This document shows positions 23,837-34,496 of a DNA stretch of 64,000 nt, piece by piece. Position 1 is the stretch's first letter; every line of letters starts with the position of its first letter. The translations under genes and the position numbers were made by a program. Source of the stretch: Podarcis melisellensis. Its lineage: Eukaryota. A model generated the notes under the pieces. It was not told the origin of the DNA. It saw only the letters and a list, made by a program, of their open reading frames with translations, and searched no databases. The stretch lies in assembly GCA_964234715.1 (NCBI GenBank), contig OZ174286.1; one strand, given 5' to 3'.

Positions 23837-25991
23837 GTACTGGTGCATTTTGGCTTCTGTTGCGGAGATGGTGTGTGAAAATGTAAAATTTAATGTTGAT
23901 GCCCTTCTGTTGTGGAAAACTAATTGTAATAAGGGTATTGGCCAGTGCTGAGGCAGTAGTTGTGAAGCACACCTAAAGGCTTTAAAAGACTTGGTGAGAT
24001 TTTCAGCTTCTGACTTCCATGCCAAACTGCTTTTGAAGGTAGTCTTTTCAAAAGAGATTTGTCATGCGATTGAGCAAGCCCTCTGTCCCCCTCCCAGAGT
24101 TATTTGCATTTGCAGAACTAATGGTTTGTGTGTTGTTGTTTTTAATTCTTGCCAGTTATCTGCCAAACATGTGTTCATACAACTATAGTGTATTTTCCTC
24201 CTTAGTACTTAGTTATCTGCATGAGGGGAATGCAATGGATATGCTACTCAGCTCTGTTTTGATGCTGATTTTTCTGGCCTCCTCATGCCTAGATAACTAC
24301 ACACATTAGTAGGTGCTACCTCAAGTTGCAGTCTCAATTGGTTTTAAAGCCGCAAAAGATGAATTGCCAACAGGCTGGGAGGGATGGCAAATAGAATGTC
24401 ATGGCCCTGTCTATCACATCGGTTTTGTTTGATGGCTAATCTGTGAATCTGCTGATTACATCTACCATTATTTTGGTTTAACATGACAACTTGGTTTAAC
24501 ATAAACGTCTCTCACATAACAGAAACTGGATTGCAAATTTCAAGAAGCTCCACTAGATGGAGCTAAGCACAAGATGTTCCCCCCGTTAGCTAGCCCTGCA
24601 GATATCGAAACTGGCTCCTTTTCAATCCCATTGCTTAAAATTTGCTGAACTGAGCATGTAATTTATGGTGCTTATTTGTGGGTTCTGTTGATTTGGGTGG
24701 GATTATTCATAAATAATCCTTTCTTCCAGTTGTTTCCCTGTAGAAGCTGATTGAAACGTAATTTCATTACGTGTGGGTTCTTGTCACACGGCCACGCTAT
24801 TCTACTTCAGTAAACTCCCATCTGTAAGTGTAGTATGACTCAAGCAAGTTCACCCTATAATCACTATGATTATATTGAAGCTAAGTGCAAGCACTATTGA
24901 CAGCTAGGAAGTTCTGATTTTTTAGAATGAAACCGCTGGTTGGAAGAAAATTCAGAATTGATAACTGCAGCTGTCACTAGCTTCTGAATAAGGATTTTTG
25001 CACATGTAGTTTATCTAATGTGATTAGCCTGTGTGAGTGATCCTTTTTTATGATAGTAATCAAATAAGTGCTACTCACATGTGACTCTGGTGGTGTAACT
25101 AACCTTGACAGGGTTAAGGACTAGAATTCTTCTCGCACCCCTGCACACCAGACCCATTGAATATCAATCACAAATTGGAAGAGAAGTCAACATACATTAC
25201 TTATCCCATTAAAAAGTACTTTTTAAAAATTCTGTTCACAGTACTACTACAAATGCAGCTGCTCCATACATTTCTTTAATAACATTTCCTTTTCAATTCA
25301 TTTCCTAATGATCCCTAGTATGGAATTTGCCTTTTTTTACAGCTGCCACCCACTAGGTTGATGTCTTCATGTTGTCTCCTTTGACACCCTCATTTCCTAG
25401 CCAGGCATATATGTGGAATTAATATTTTTTGTCCCAACCGGCATCACTTTATACTTCTTGCACTGAATTGCATTTTCCATTTCCCTCCCATTTTCTAAAT
25501 TTGTAGCGGTCCCCCTGAAATTCTTTCTGCTTCAACAACCCTGAACAATTTAATATCGTCAGGAAACCTGCCCATCTCATTAGCAGCACATATGCTGCTA
25601 ATATGTATTCCTTTTTGTTCTCTTCGTTCGGACCTCAGTTTTTTGAAGGAAGCTTTCTTGCCTCTAATAACATGTTAACCGGAACTCTATTATCACAATA
25701 GCTTCTAGGTTGTCATGGAGGGGACCAGTTTTATCCTCAAAAGTGCTTTTCAGGCTTGTTACAGCAGGACTTTGAAGGTTCCAATACTCTACTTTGCCAT
25801 GTTAATAAGTCCCATGCCGCTTGGCATCACTGTGGTGGAGGCAATGAAGTATCAGCACTTGGTTGATTCAAAATGTCATTGAAAGCCTACCTCACCACTT
25901 TCCGACTTTGCTTTTAAACCTTTCTTGCTTCAAGTAAGGCAGACTTTTCCCATTCTTTTTTCAAAGCCAAATGTTTTGTTTCCCCCACCAG

Positions 25992-26056
25992 GTTGTATCC
26001 CAGGAAGGAATTTTAACAAATGGAGAGTGTATCCAACAGCAGATAAGCATTCATAG
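25992..26056 (+). CDS. AZI2: AZI2 exon 6
   Basis: Pyrimidine tract plus CCAG|GTT...CATAG|GTATGT, 65 nt. Phases fit both neighbouring exons. Encodes VVSQEGILTNGECIQQQISIH(S). Not in the ORF track. Confidence 0.88.
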
Positions 26057-26608
26057 GTATGTAGATCCCATTAACCTGTTTTAACTTTATGCTAGGTTAG
26101 TCATCTCTGTGTTAGTTCTAAGGGAGATGACTTAAATCCAAAGATGGCACTACTTTGAAGACATGCTAAATTGGGAAAGATATGAACACAGTTAGGCATA
26201 CCCTAGTGACATCCAGGTAGAGCATGTTAAACTAGTTCACTGTGGAACTGCCTTTGAAGAGTATTCAGAACTGACAGTTCACCCACTATGCAAAAGCAGG
26301 GCAGGACTATCCGAAGCATGTTAACATGCGTCTTTGAGATGGCTTTATTGGCTTTTAGTTGATTTTGGCTGAATTCAAAGTGCAGATTTTGTCACTTTTT
26401 AAAGCCCCGAGCAGTCCGGGACCAGATAACCTTAGCATTTTATTCTCTCATATGAGTCTACCCATTCACTCTATGGAGGTCTTGCTCTGTGTTCTCTTGA
26501 CAGTAGGCGGTTATATGGAACAGGGGCCTTTTCAGTGGTGGCACCAAAGCTGTAAATTCTCTCCCCAATGAGGCTTGTGTCACTCTGATTCTGATAAGCC
26601 TGTAGATT

Positions 26609-26814
26609 AGGCATGTCCAAAATCCGTTTTGGGGGCCTAATCCGACCTGCCGTTCAGTTTAATCCAGCCCCCTGTGGCTGTTTATTTCCTGGGGTAAAAT
26701 TCCCAAAAAAGCTCAACAACTTCAATCCTAAAAATGGTCAACAACTTTGGTTGGCCCTCACGCATGTTCACCTTATCAAATCCTGCCCTCTTTGAAAAAA
26801 GTTTGGGCACCCCT
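26609..26814. mobile_element. hAT-type non-autonomous element
   Basis: Ends TAGGCATGTCCAAA / TTTGGGCACCCCT and a near 8-bp TSD CTGTAGAT/GTGTAGAT. Confidence 0.65.
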
Positions 26815-27374
26815 GTGTAGATGATGAGTGAAAAGAATTACATTCCATATTTACAGTACACTAAGTGCTGTGTTTTCTCATTCTTCATTGGCTGCTGCTA
26901 TGTTTTCTTTCATTGCATACTGAGATTTTTATTGATCAAAAGATGTGGAGTAGAAATCTTAAAATAAACAAGCAATCTGTGTTGATAAAATAAGTTGTTA
27001 ATTGTGGGAAACCTATTAGTTATGAGCAATGGACAGGATGCAACTAAATAGTTTGTGCTGGTGCAAGGTTTAGCGTTACAAATTTAACGCTACAAATTTA
27101 ACCGGAACAAATTTAAGTATTGTGTGGGGAGGAAATGTCCTATTGTGCAGGGAGAAATCTGTGCGTTAATGGAATGTTTACCATAGCACTACATTGCATA
27201 AAACTCAATGGCTCAGATTTTGAAGGCAAACTGGTTGCAGTATATCTGATACATGAGAATCTAACCAGTACACAGTTGTATAGTGAATCACATTAATAGG
27301 ATCCAAAAATCCTATTTGCAGCTGAAGGCACCTCCCTGAGGTTCCACCCCTAAGTGCTTGCAAGTTGAAGTCCT

Positions 27375-28115
27375 TTGCGTGGCGAGTTCCCGCCTCCCCC
27401 CGATGGAAATAAAGACACATGACACAAATATTTAGGTTAATGGGCAAAAAATGACCACAACTTTATCGGTTACAGGAATTGGTCCTAACCGACTATCCTG
27501 CTTCAGCCCGATTGCTTGAAGACCGGGAAGGGTTAACCACCAGTAGGGGGAGTCCTGCTGATGCACATCAACTAGGAACTCCCCCGGGGTCACCGCTCGG
27601 GGGCGTGCCTTACGCCCACACCTCCATAGGCTTCGGACAGGGCCACGCCCCCCAGAATCCTTTATCGGACTACCCTTTGATATTCGGGGGAGGTGATGGC
27701 GCTTCCTCCCCCCTTCATCTACATGACAATACCCCTACCAATACCTAACCGCCAATGCCGAGGAAGTTGTGTTGATTTGCTACAAGGTAGGCAAAAAACC
27801 AAGTGGCTGGTGCCAATTTGCCAAGTGGAAAAAAATCCTACCAGGCCCCTTAACGGTGACCAACTGAGGTCCATAGCCAGGTCCAAAGGAAAACCTAAAG
27901 GGCGGGAGGGTGGGAAACCCGTTGAGCTGAGGTGGCAAAAGTGGGAGATCCCTGGCCGAGCAAGTGTGATATCGCACAAGCCATGCCCCCCAGGCCAGCC
28001 GATTGGCTGGCCAAGGGATGACGCGGCCGGGGATCCCCTCAATCGCGCGGAGGCTGAGAGCCAGCCCCCGCGTACATGGAGAGGGCGTGAAGCCAGCAAG
28101 TCCACCTCCTCTCGA
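27375..28115 (-). mobile_element. GC-rich structured retroelement remnant (solo terminal repeat; DIRS/Ngaro- or LTR-like)
   Basis: Sharp GC/CpG-rich block in an AT-rich intron. On the - strand: a CCAAT box near the start, many hairpins, an ENE-like fold, and GATAAA plus a GU-rich tract near the end. No TG..CA ends and no obvious TSD. The class assignment is inference. Confidence 0.6.
27786..27842 (-). other. ENE-like RNA element (U-rich internal loop between two stems)
   Basis: The minus strand reads GGUAGG-A-U7-CCA-CU-UGGC-(12 nt)-GCCA-CU-UGG-U6-G-CCUACC. Confidence 0.6.
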
Positions 28116-31062
28116 GTTCTGGAGTGGTTTTGTGGTGCAGCCTTCCTAGGCATTTGCTCGATTCTTCTTTGGCCCTCTTGCAACATCAGATCTAGCTTGA
28201 TGTGAAACATCTTCACAAATCTCAAGTCTGAGTTCAGGTGACTTATAAGAAAGAGTGGCTTTTCTCTAGCGCTTGCAGTCAGCATTGAATGTGGATGAAA
28301 CCAAACTTGAAGCACGTTGGAAGAAATAATACAGGCCTTGTGAAATTAAGGGAATCCATCACATTGTCTCTACCAAATTGCTAAATTGCCCTTTCTGTAA
28401 GACTTTATATGGTAACGTATTACTTGAAGCTCTTATTTGGAATGCTGCACAGGGCTGTCTTGTTTTTCTGCAATTGCTTCTTGCCTAGCAACCCTCCATC
28501 ACATTGTCTGGTGGAAACTGCAAAAGAAACCTGTACAGCTGCAGAACAGAAATAACCTACAGGAGCAGTTGTCCTGGAGACAATTAGTATAGAGCACACA
28601 ACCCAATCTGTGACCTTCTCTCTCTTCAAACTGCTGTTGATGTAGTTAAGCCTCTTCTAACCAAGCCCTACCTCTTCCTCTAAATATTGAGAAAAGAAGT
28701 AAAATTCTTATTTATGTTTTCAATCCTCAGAGATGCATTTTCCCTTGTTTTCCACATGAGGGAGAAGTAGGACTTGGTTAGAAGAGGACATGATCACTAT
28801 TCCGTGGCTTGCATTGGAAAAAATGGAAGGAAAGGCATTTCATTGGGCCTCCACTATGTTAATAACCCATATGGTATATCCTTTATTTGTCTTAATGAGC
28901 TAGCCAGCTAATGTTTTTGCTTCTCCAGAACAATGTTCAAATAGGTAATTTGCTAAGTGACACTTTGAGCCCTTCACTCTATTAAAATAAGTTGTGGTTT
29001 TTTTAAAAAAAGCATCTCTCTGGTAACAGCCTGGTATGTAAATTAGCACATACAGACTTTTATGTTAAAAATCCAGCTATTTTATGTAATTCACATCGAC
29101 TGTGAAAACAAGTCCACAGCTCTTTTCACACCTAGAGGAAGTTCTTTGAAATGTTTCTTTCAGCAAGTACCCTTTGCTTTAATATGAATGTCAATATTCA
29201 CTTACCTAATATTCTTGTGAAATATTTGTCACTTGTCAGTGACACAAGAGATTCTTTGAATACGAATTGTTGCTTATCGGCAGCTAAGCACTTCGGCAGA
29301 TAGGGCTGGGCGACTTCGTTGCCAGCGGAAATTATTTTGACTAGATTCATATAATTTGTGGTGGCGAATTCTTAATAATTGCTTTTATTACAATGATGGT
29401 AGCCGTAAGCAAAAAAAAACAACAAAAAACATACTGCACATTAATATATCTCAACTAAAGCACACTGAATGACACTGCAATAGCTTTAAAGAAAAGCAAC
29501 ATATGAAAGCTTGCATCTTATGAGCTTCTGTTTGTTGGTGCAACTAAGAAATATTGGTGTATACAGGATATAACACCTGACCACTCCTTATTAACTCTCT
29601 AGAAAGTTTTGTATATCTTTAAGCTTGTTTGCGGTGTCAGGATTCCTGCTGGGTCCCGTCCCCCCCCCCCGCCCCGAAGTCTCAGGCCAAAATTCTGCAC
29701 CTTCATTTTTCAGTTGCAATTTGGGTTCTGGGGTATATTATATCCACCCGTACAAAGCACAGCAGCAGAACTCATTATGCTGCTCCTAGTTTGGAGAGAA
29801 CTGCCCTAATTGTTACAGTTCTTGTTGGTCAATGTGTCTTAACTGAAAACTCTGCAGTAATTGAGAGTTTTAAGGGATACTGATACACACAGTTGGAACT
29901 CCAGTCCATCAGTGGGAGAAAAGAATATTCAAGAATGTTTCCCTTGTGTGACAGCATCCTGCTTTTTAAAAGTCTTGCTTCAACAAAGAAATACAGGGTT
30001 AGCAGATAAGTTAAGCTAGCAGTTGGGTGCACTGTTTGCTTAAACTGGTCATCAAACATCACAACTAAGCGTGGTCTCTACTTGACTGTAAACTTGTGTA
30101 TTTGCCTATTATTACGTGCTTCTTGACTTCTGCTCTATCATTTCTGGGTTGAAGGAGATACTTGTAATTTACCTGAAATGCTGCTTCTCGAGAACTCTGT
30201 GGCCGATCCGTTATCTAAGAAGACTGGTGAAAGCAGTTTCCTATATTTATGGGGGAACTCGTTACCCAAAGAGTGTGAGGGGACTTTTGCCAGATGCAGT
30301 TCCTGTGACGTGTTGACTGGATATTTTCAGAGATGCAAATACTCTGTGGATGTTGACAGAAATATATGACCTGATCCACATGGGAAACAGAGTTCTTGCC
30401 TTTTTGTAATATAAGAAGCAACTGAGTTGTTCTGTGGAGACTGATTTTTTTGGGGGGGGGGATGTGTGCTGGGCAGTCTGAATCAGAGCAATGTTTTATC
30501 TAGAGTTCAGACTGTCGTAGTCTGTACAAGAGCAACGTCTTGTGCTTGTCTCTGCCAGAAGCTACAAATTGCATTTTTCACAGAAACTAGGTGTTCTTCC
30601 AGTTATGAATAAGGCTTTCTTTCTGCATGGGCTTTGTAATGCTAAACACCACTTCAAAGTTAGGAGGTGATACAATGTTAGTCATACTTGGAGGGGATCC
30701 ATTGAAATTAGTGGATTTAAGTCATACTCTGAGTATGACTTGGTTAAATATCATTCCGTTAATTACTTGTTGGGATGTATTCCTGTCCTGCAAAAGGAGT
30801 GCTTCTGTTTAGCCAGCCTGGAAGTGGAGCAGTGTGTTGTCTGGACTTTTTTTTTTTTAGGTGGGCAGGGAGAAATGACATTTTTCACCTTCTCTAGGAC
30901 TCTCTCCTGCTGACCTATATAATTTCTGGTCCCAAACCTGAGTTGCACACCACCCCAATCTCCAAGCAGTATGAGATTTGAGGGGTTCCAGGTGCTTACT
31001 CCAGGTTCATGTTTCCTTTTCAAATGAGGCACTGTGACTATGGTATCTTTTTGATATAGGTT

Positions 31063-31445
31063 AAGGTAAAGGACCCCTGGACAGTTACGTCCAGTCAAAG
31101 GCGACTATGGGGTTGCAGCACGCGTCTTGCTTTTCAGGCTGAGGGAGCTGGTGTTTGTCTACAGACAGCTTTCTGGGTCATGTGGTCAGCATGACTCAAC
31201 TGCTACTGGCGCAATGGAACACCGTGACGGAAACCAGAGCACACAGAAACGCTGTTTACCTTCCCGCCGCAGCGGTACCTATTTATCTACTTGCACTGGC
31301 ATTCTTTCAAACTGCTAGGTTGGCAGAAGCTGGGACAGAGCAACAGGAGCTCACCCCGTTGTGCAGATTCGAACTGCCAACCTTTTGATTGGCAAGCCCA
31401 AGAGGCTCAGGGGTTTAGTCCACAGTGCCACCCGCACCCGCGTCT
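31063..31445 (-). mobile_element. Sauria SINE
   Basis: Reverse-complement homologue of 3268-3634, with a degenerate TSD (TTT[T/A]TGATATA..GGTT). Confidence 0.88.
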
Positions 31446-31518
31446 TTATGATATATGGTTTATGCATATATACAATCTGAGCCTACAACTGACAGTATCA
31501 CAGCATTAACACCCCAAG

Positions 31519-31569
31519 CAGGTCTTGGATGCGAGCAGAAATCAGGTCTTGGATGCGAGCAGAAATCAG
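31519..31569. repeat. 24-bp tandem duplication CAGGTCTTGGATGCGAGCAGAAAT x2
   Basis: Exact repeat, followed by (CA)n at 31623-31650. Possibly inside an LTR-like remnant ending near 31780. Confidence 0.9.
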
Positions 31570-31622
31570 ACGTATCTCCCTCTCAGAGACTTCAACCTGC
31601 TTCTTCCTTCAGCTCCTAGCTT

Positions 31623-31653
<31 letters not shown>

Positions 31654-32130
31654 CAACTCTGGCTTTTGTCTTTCCTAACTACCAGCATGTAGAGGGAGCA
31701 GGACTCATTCACTTATCATCTGGCACAGCGCCACTTCCTTTGTTACCTTAACGACCCATAGCTAGAGGGCCATTATCACACCAGGAAGCTAGCCTGGCTA
31801 TTTCAGGAATTTGAATCATTAGATTGTTAGATTTTAAAACTTGCTATATACGGAAATTATAGGTGTTGAGCAATTTCCGTTGCTTTTGTTTGATTTGCTC
31901 ATTGCAAACAGCTGAAAGTCTGTAAATTTTGTTAATGAACCTGATTTGCAATGGGGGTTGAATAATTTTGATTACAACTGTTTACATGGAAATAGTGCTG
32001 TGAGATCTCTCCTCCCCCCGCCCCCCAGCCAGAATTACTTTTGTTTAGAGCAGCTTTCTGTAGATCAATGTAGTACAGGAACTGAGACGTACAGCAAAGC
32101 TGAAATGTTATAACTTCTAAAATGTTTCAG

Positions 32131-32252
32131 TGAAAACGTTCAGCAAGCGTACTGGGAGTTGAAGCGGGAGATGTCTAATCTGCATCTGGTGACGGAAGTG
32201 CAAGCGGAAATGCTCAGAAAACTGAAACTGACCCCATCTGCAACCAAGAAAG
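32131..32252 (+). CDS. AZI2: AZI2 exon 7 (TBK1/IKKe-binding domain), GC donor
   Basis: TTTCAG|T, 122 nt. Encodes ENVQQAYWELKREMSNLHLVTEVQAEMLRKLKLTPSATKK and ends AAG|GCAAGT. Confidence 0.94.
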
Positions 32253-32939
32253 GCAAGTCAGAGTTTGCAGGATGAGGTCTTGGAAATGCAAGTCGCTTAC
32301 CTAAGCTGCATCATTTTGGAGTACAGCTGCCTATTGCTTCTTCTCAAAACCTCATCAGTTGAAGCTCAGAAACCTCCGTTTTCTCTCTTGACTTCCGTCT
32401 CATAATGGTCAACTTAACACATAAAGGTGTTGCTGATGGTTGTTTTTTTTAAAAAATGTGGTTTTTCTCTTCCCGTGTGGCTTTCTTCCTCGGTCAAGTG
32501 TTGCTTATTTGTACGAGGCTGAGGTGTGAAGTTTAGTTGTATTTGACCTTTTTTGCCACAAGTACTTCATATTGGAAAAAGCACCAACAGACATTTCATT
32601 TTTCAAATGCATTCCTGTATAAATAGTGTTCTCTTAAAACAAACCAAAGCAGGTGAGGCAGACCCCCTTGCCCCAAAAGAAAATGCATGCCTCATTTTCC
32701 TTAGCTGTTTACTGGGACAATTCATTAATCCTCAGGGCTGCTTTATACACAGTTAAACCTCGACCCAGAAAGCACTTCTACAATTTAGGCATGAAATTCA
32801 CCTAACCAGCCATGTCAGGGGAAGCCCTGTGCAAGGACGTCCAGTTCCTCTCTTCTCCCTGTGCCTCCCCCAAATTATTATTATTTTTTGGTGGGGACAG
32901 AACCCCCTAGAATAGTGCACAGTGGGAGGAAGGGTTATT

Positions 32940-33159
32940 GAGAGCCAGTGTGGTGTAGTGGTTAAGAGCGGTAGTCTCTAATCTGGGGAACCGGGTTCGC
33001 ATCTCCGCTCTTCCACATGCAGCTGCTGGGTGACCTTGGGCCAGTCACACTTCTCTGAAGTCTCTCAGCCCCGCTCACCTCACAGAGTGTTTGTTGTGGA
33101 GGAGGAAGGGACAGGAGAATGTTAGCCGCTTTGAGACTCCTTAAAGGGAGTGAAAGGCG
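32940..33159 (+). mobile_element. tRNA-derived SINE (Squam3-like), running into the gap
   Basis: Head GAGAGCCAGTGTGGTGTAGTGGTTAAGAGC...GGGTTCGC; homologous to 12797-13042. Confidence 0.82.
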
Positions 33160-33300
33160 NNNNNNNNNNNNNNNNNNNNNNNNNNNNNNNNNNNNNNNNN
33201 NNNNNNNNNNNNNNNNNNNNNNNNNNNNNNNNNNNNNNNNNNNNNNNNNNNNNNNNNNNNNNNNNNNNNNNNNNNNNNNNNNNNNNNNNNNNNNNNNNNN
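33160..33300. other. Assembly gap (141 N)
   Basis: N run. Confidence 1.
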
Positions 33301-34134
33301 CACTTGGAAGAACACAGCGTTAAATTCCACCCTAGATGCCCTTAGGGTGTTTGCTGGACTACAACTCCCATCATCCCTGGTCTATGGGCCTTCCTGTTTG
33401 GGTGGCGATGGAAATTGGGAGTCCAGCATCTGCAGAGCACAGCTTCGTCATCCCTGCTCAAGAACATAAAGCAGTCACCTATTTCCATGCAGCTTTGAAC
33501 CAGCTAATTGGCACAGGCTCACTGGTTCAGCTATAAAGCAGGGGTTGAGTGTTAACTGTTAACCCACAGGGGTGGAACCAAAACCCACCCCCGACTCTAC
33601 ATCCCATGCTCTGTTGCTTTAAGGCTCCCCTCCCTCTTTGCTGATTTACATTGGAGATGTGAGGAGAGCAGCAGAAGGCTGGGCTGTTAAAGTAGAGGGT
33701 GAGCTTTTCTCCTGTCACCCTCTTTTTTAGCATTTCTTCCTCGCGCGCAGACACACACTTTTATAGCTGAACTGGTGAGTGTGTTCACTAAGCAGGAAGA
33801 CGTATGAGACCTAGCCTGGAGGGGAACAAGCAGCCCTCAAGAAACCACAGCAAGAAGCTGCCCTCTCCTTTACTCTGTCACCTCCAGAAGTCCCATTCAA
33901 TGAGAAGATTGGATTTATCCCCCTATGTAGGTGAGGTACTTAATTCTCAACGAGTTAAAACAGTGGGGTATTGAGGTTCTTGCAGAACTGAGTTGCAGTA
34001 AAGCCAAATGAATGGACAGAAGTTAAGAAATGCATTATAGGTAATTGGCTTTTGTCTACTGAAATAAAGTATAACAATTGTATTAGTTTTGAGTGTCTCT
34101 TGTGTTAATTAGGTATTTTCTGCTATTTCCACAG

Positions 34135-34496
34135 TGCCATCACATGCTCCTGTTCAGTGTATTGAAGACCTTGAAAGGGACACCACAGATCTTTATTTAG
34201 CTGCTTCTGGAGCTGTGTACAAAAAGAGGCTACTTCCGCCGAGTGACCACACTTTCAGCAATGTTGTGTCTTCCCCCTCGTGTACTGACGAGAGACTTGT
34301 CCCAGTTCACGACTCTCCGTTTCAGGAACCTAATTCGTACGGAAAGAGCTCTCTGGAAGATAATTCTTGGGTCTTCCCAAGCCCTCCAAAACCTAGTGAG
34401 ACAGTGTTTTGGGAAACGAAAAACAGAGCGCCTCACTTAAACTTTCCAGGAAACAGTTTGGATCACTGTAACCAAAACTGCCTGCACAAGAGCTAA
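34135..34496 (+). CDS. AZI2: AZI2 last coding exon
   Basis: TTCCACAG|TG. Encodes (V)PSHAPVQCIEDL...SYGKSSLEDNSWVFPSPPKPSET...NQNCLHKS*. The spliced CDS totals 1149 nt (382 aa). Confidence 0.96.

Noticed and set aside
24550-24564. CTCF-like CCACTAGATGGAGCT
   Set aside because: Mismatch at a core position; too weak to call without ChIP data.
27070-27116. Three short repeats of ACAAATTTAA with short spacers
   Set aside because: A slippage-type mini-repeat in eukaryotic DNA, far too short and irregular for a CRISPR-like array.
27479-28315. ORFs of 170 and 198 aa over the GC-rich insertion
   Set aside because: Non-ATG starts, no RT, gag or recombinase motifs, and they cross the element boundary. 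Explained by GC content.
30860-31780. Possible second solo LTR hosting the Sauria SINE
   Set aside because: The right end (..TATCACA) is LTR-like, but I could not define the left terminus or a TSD.
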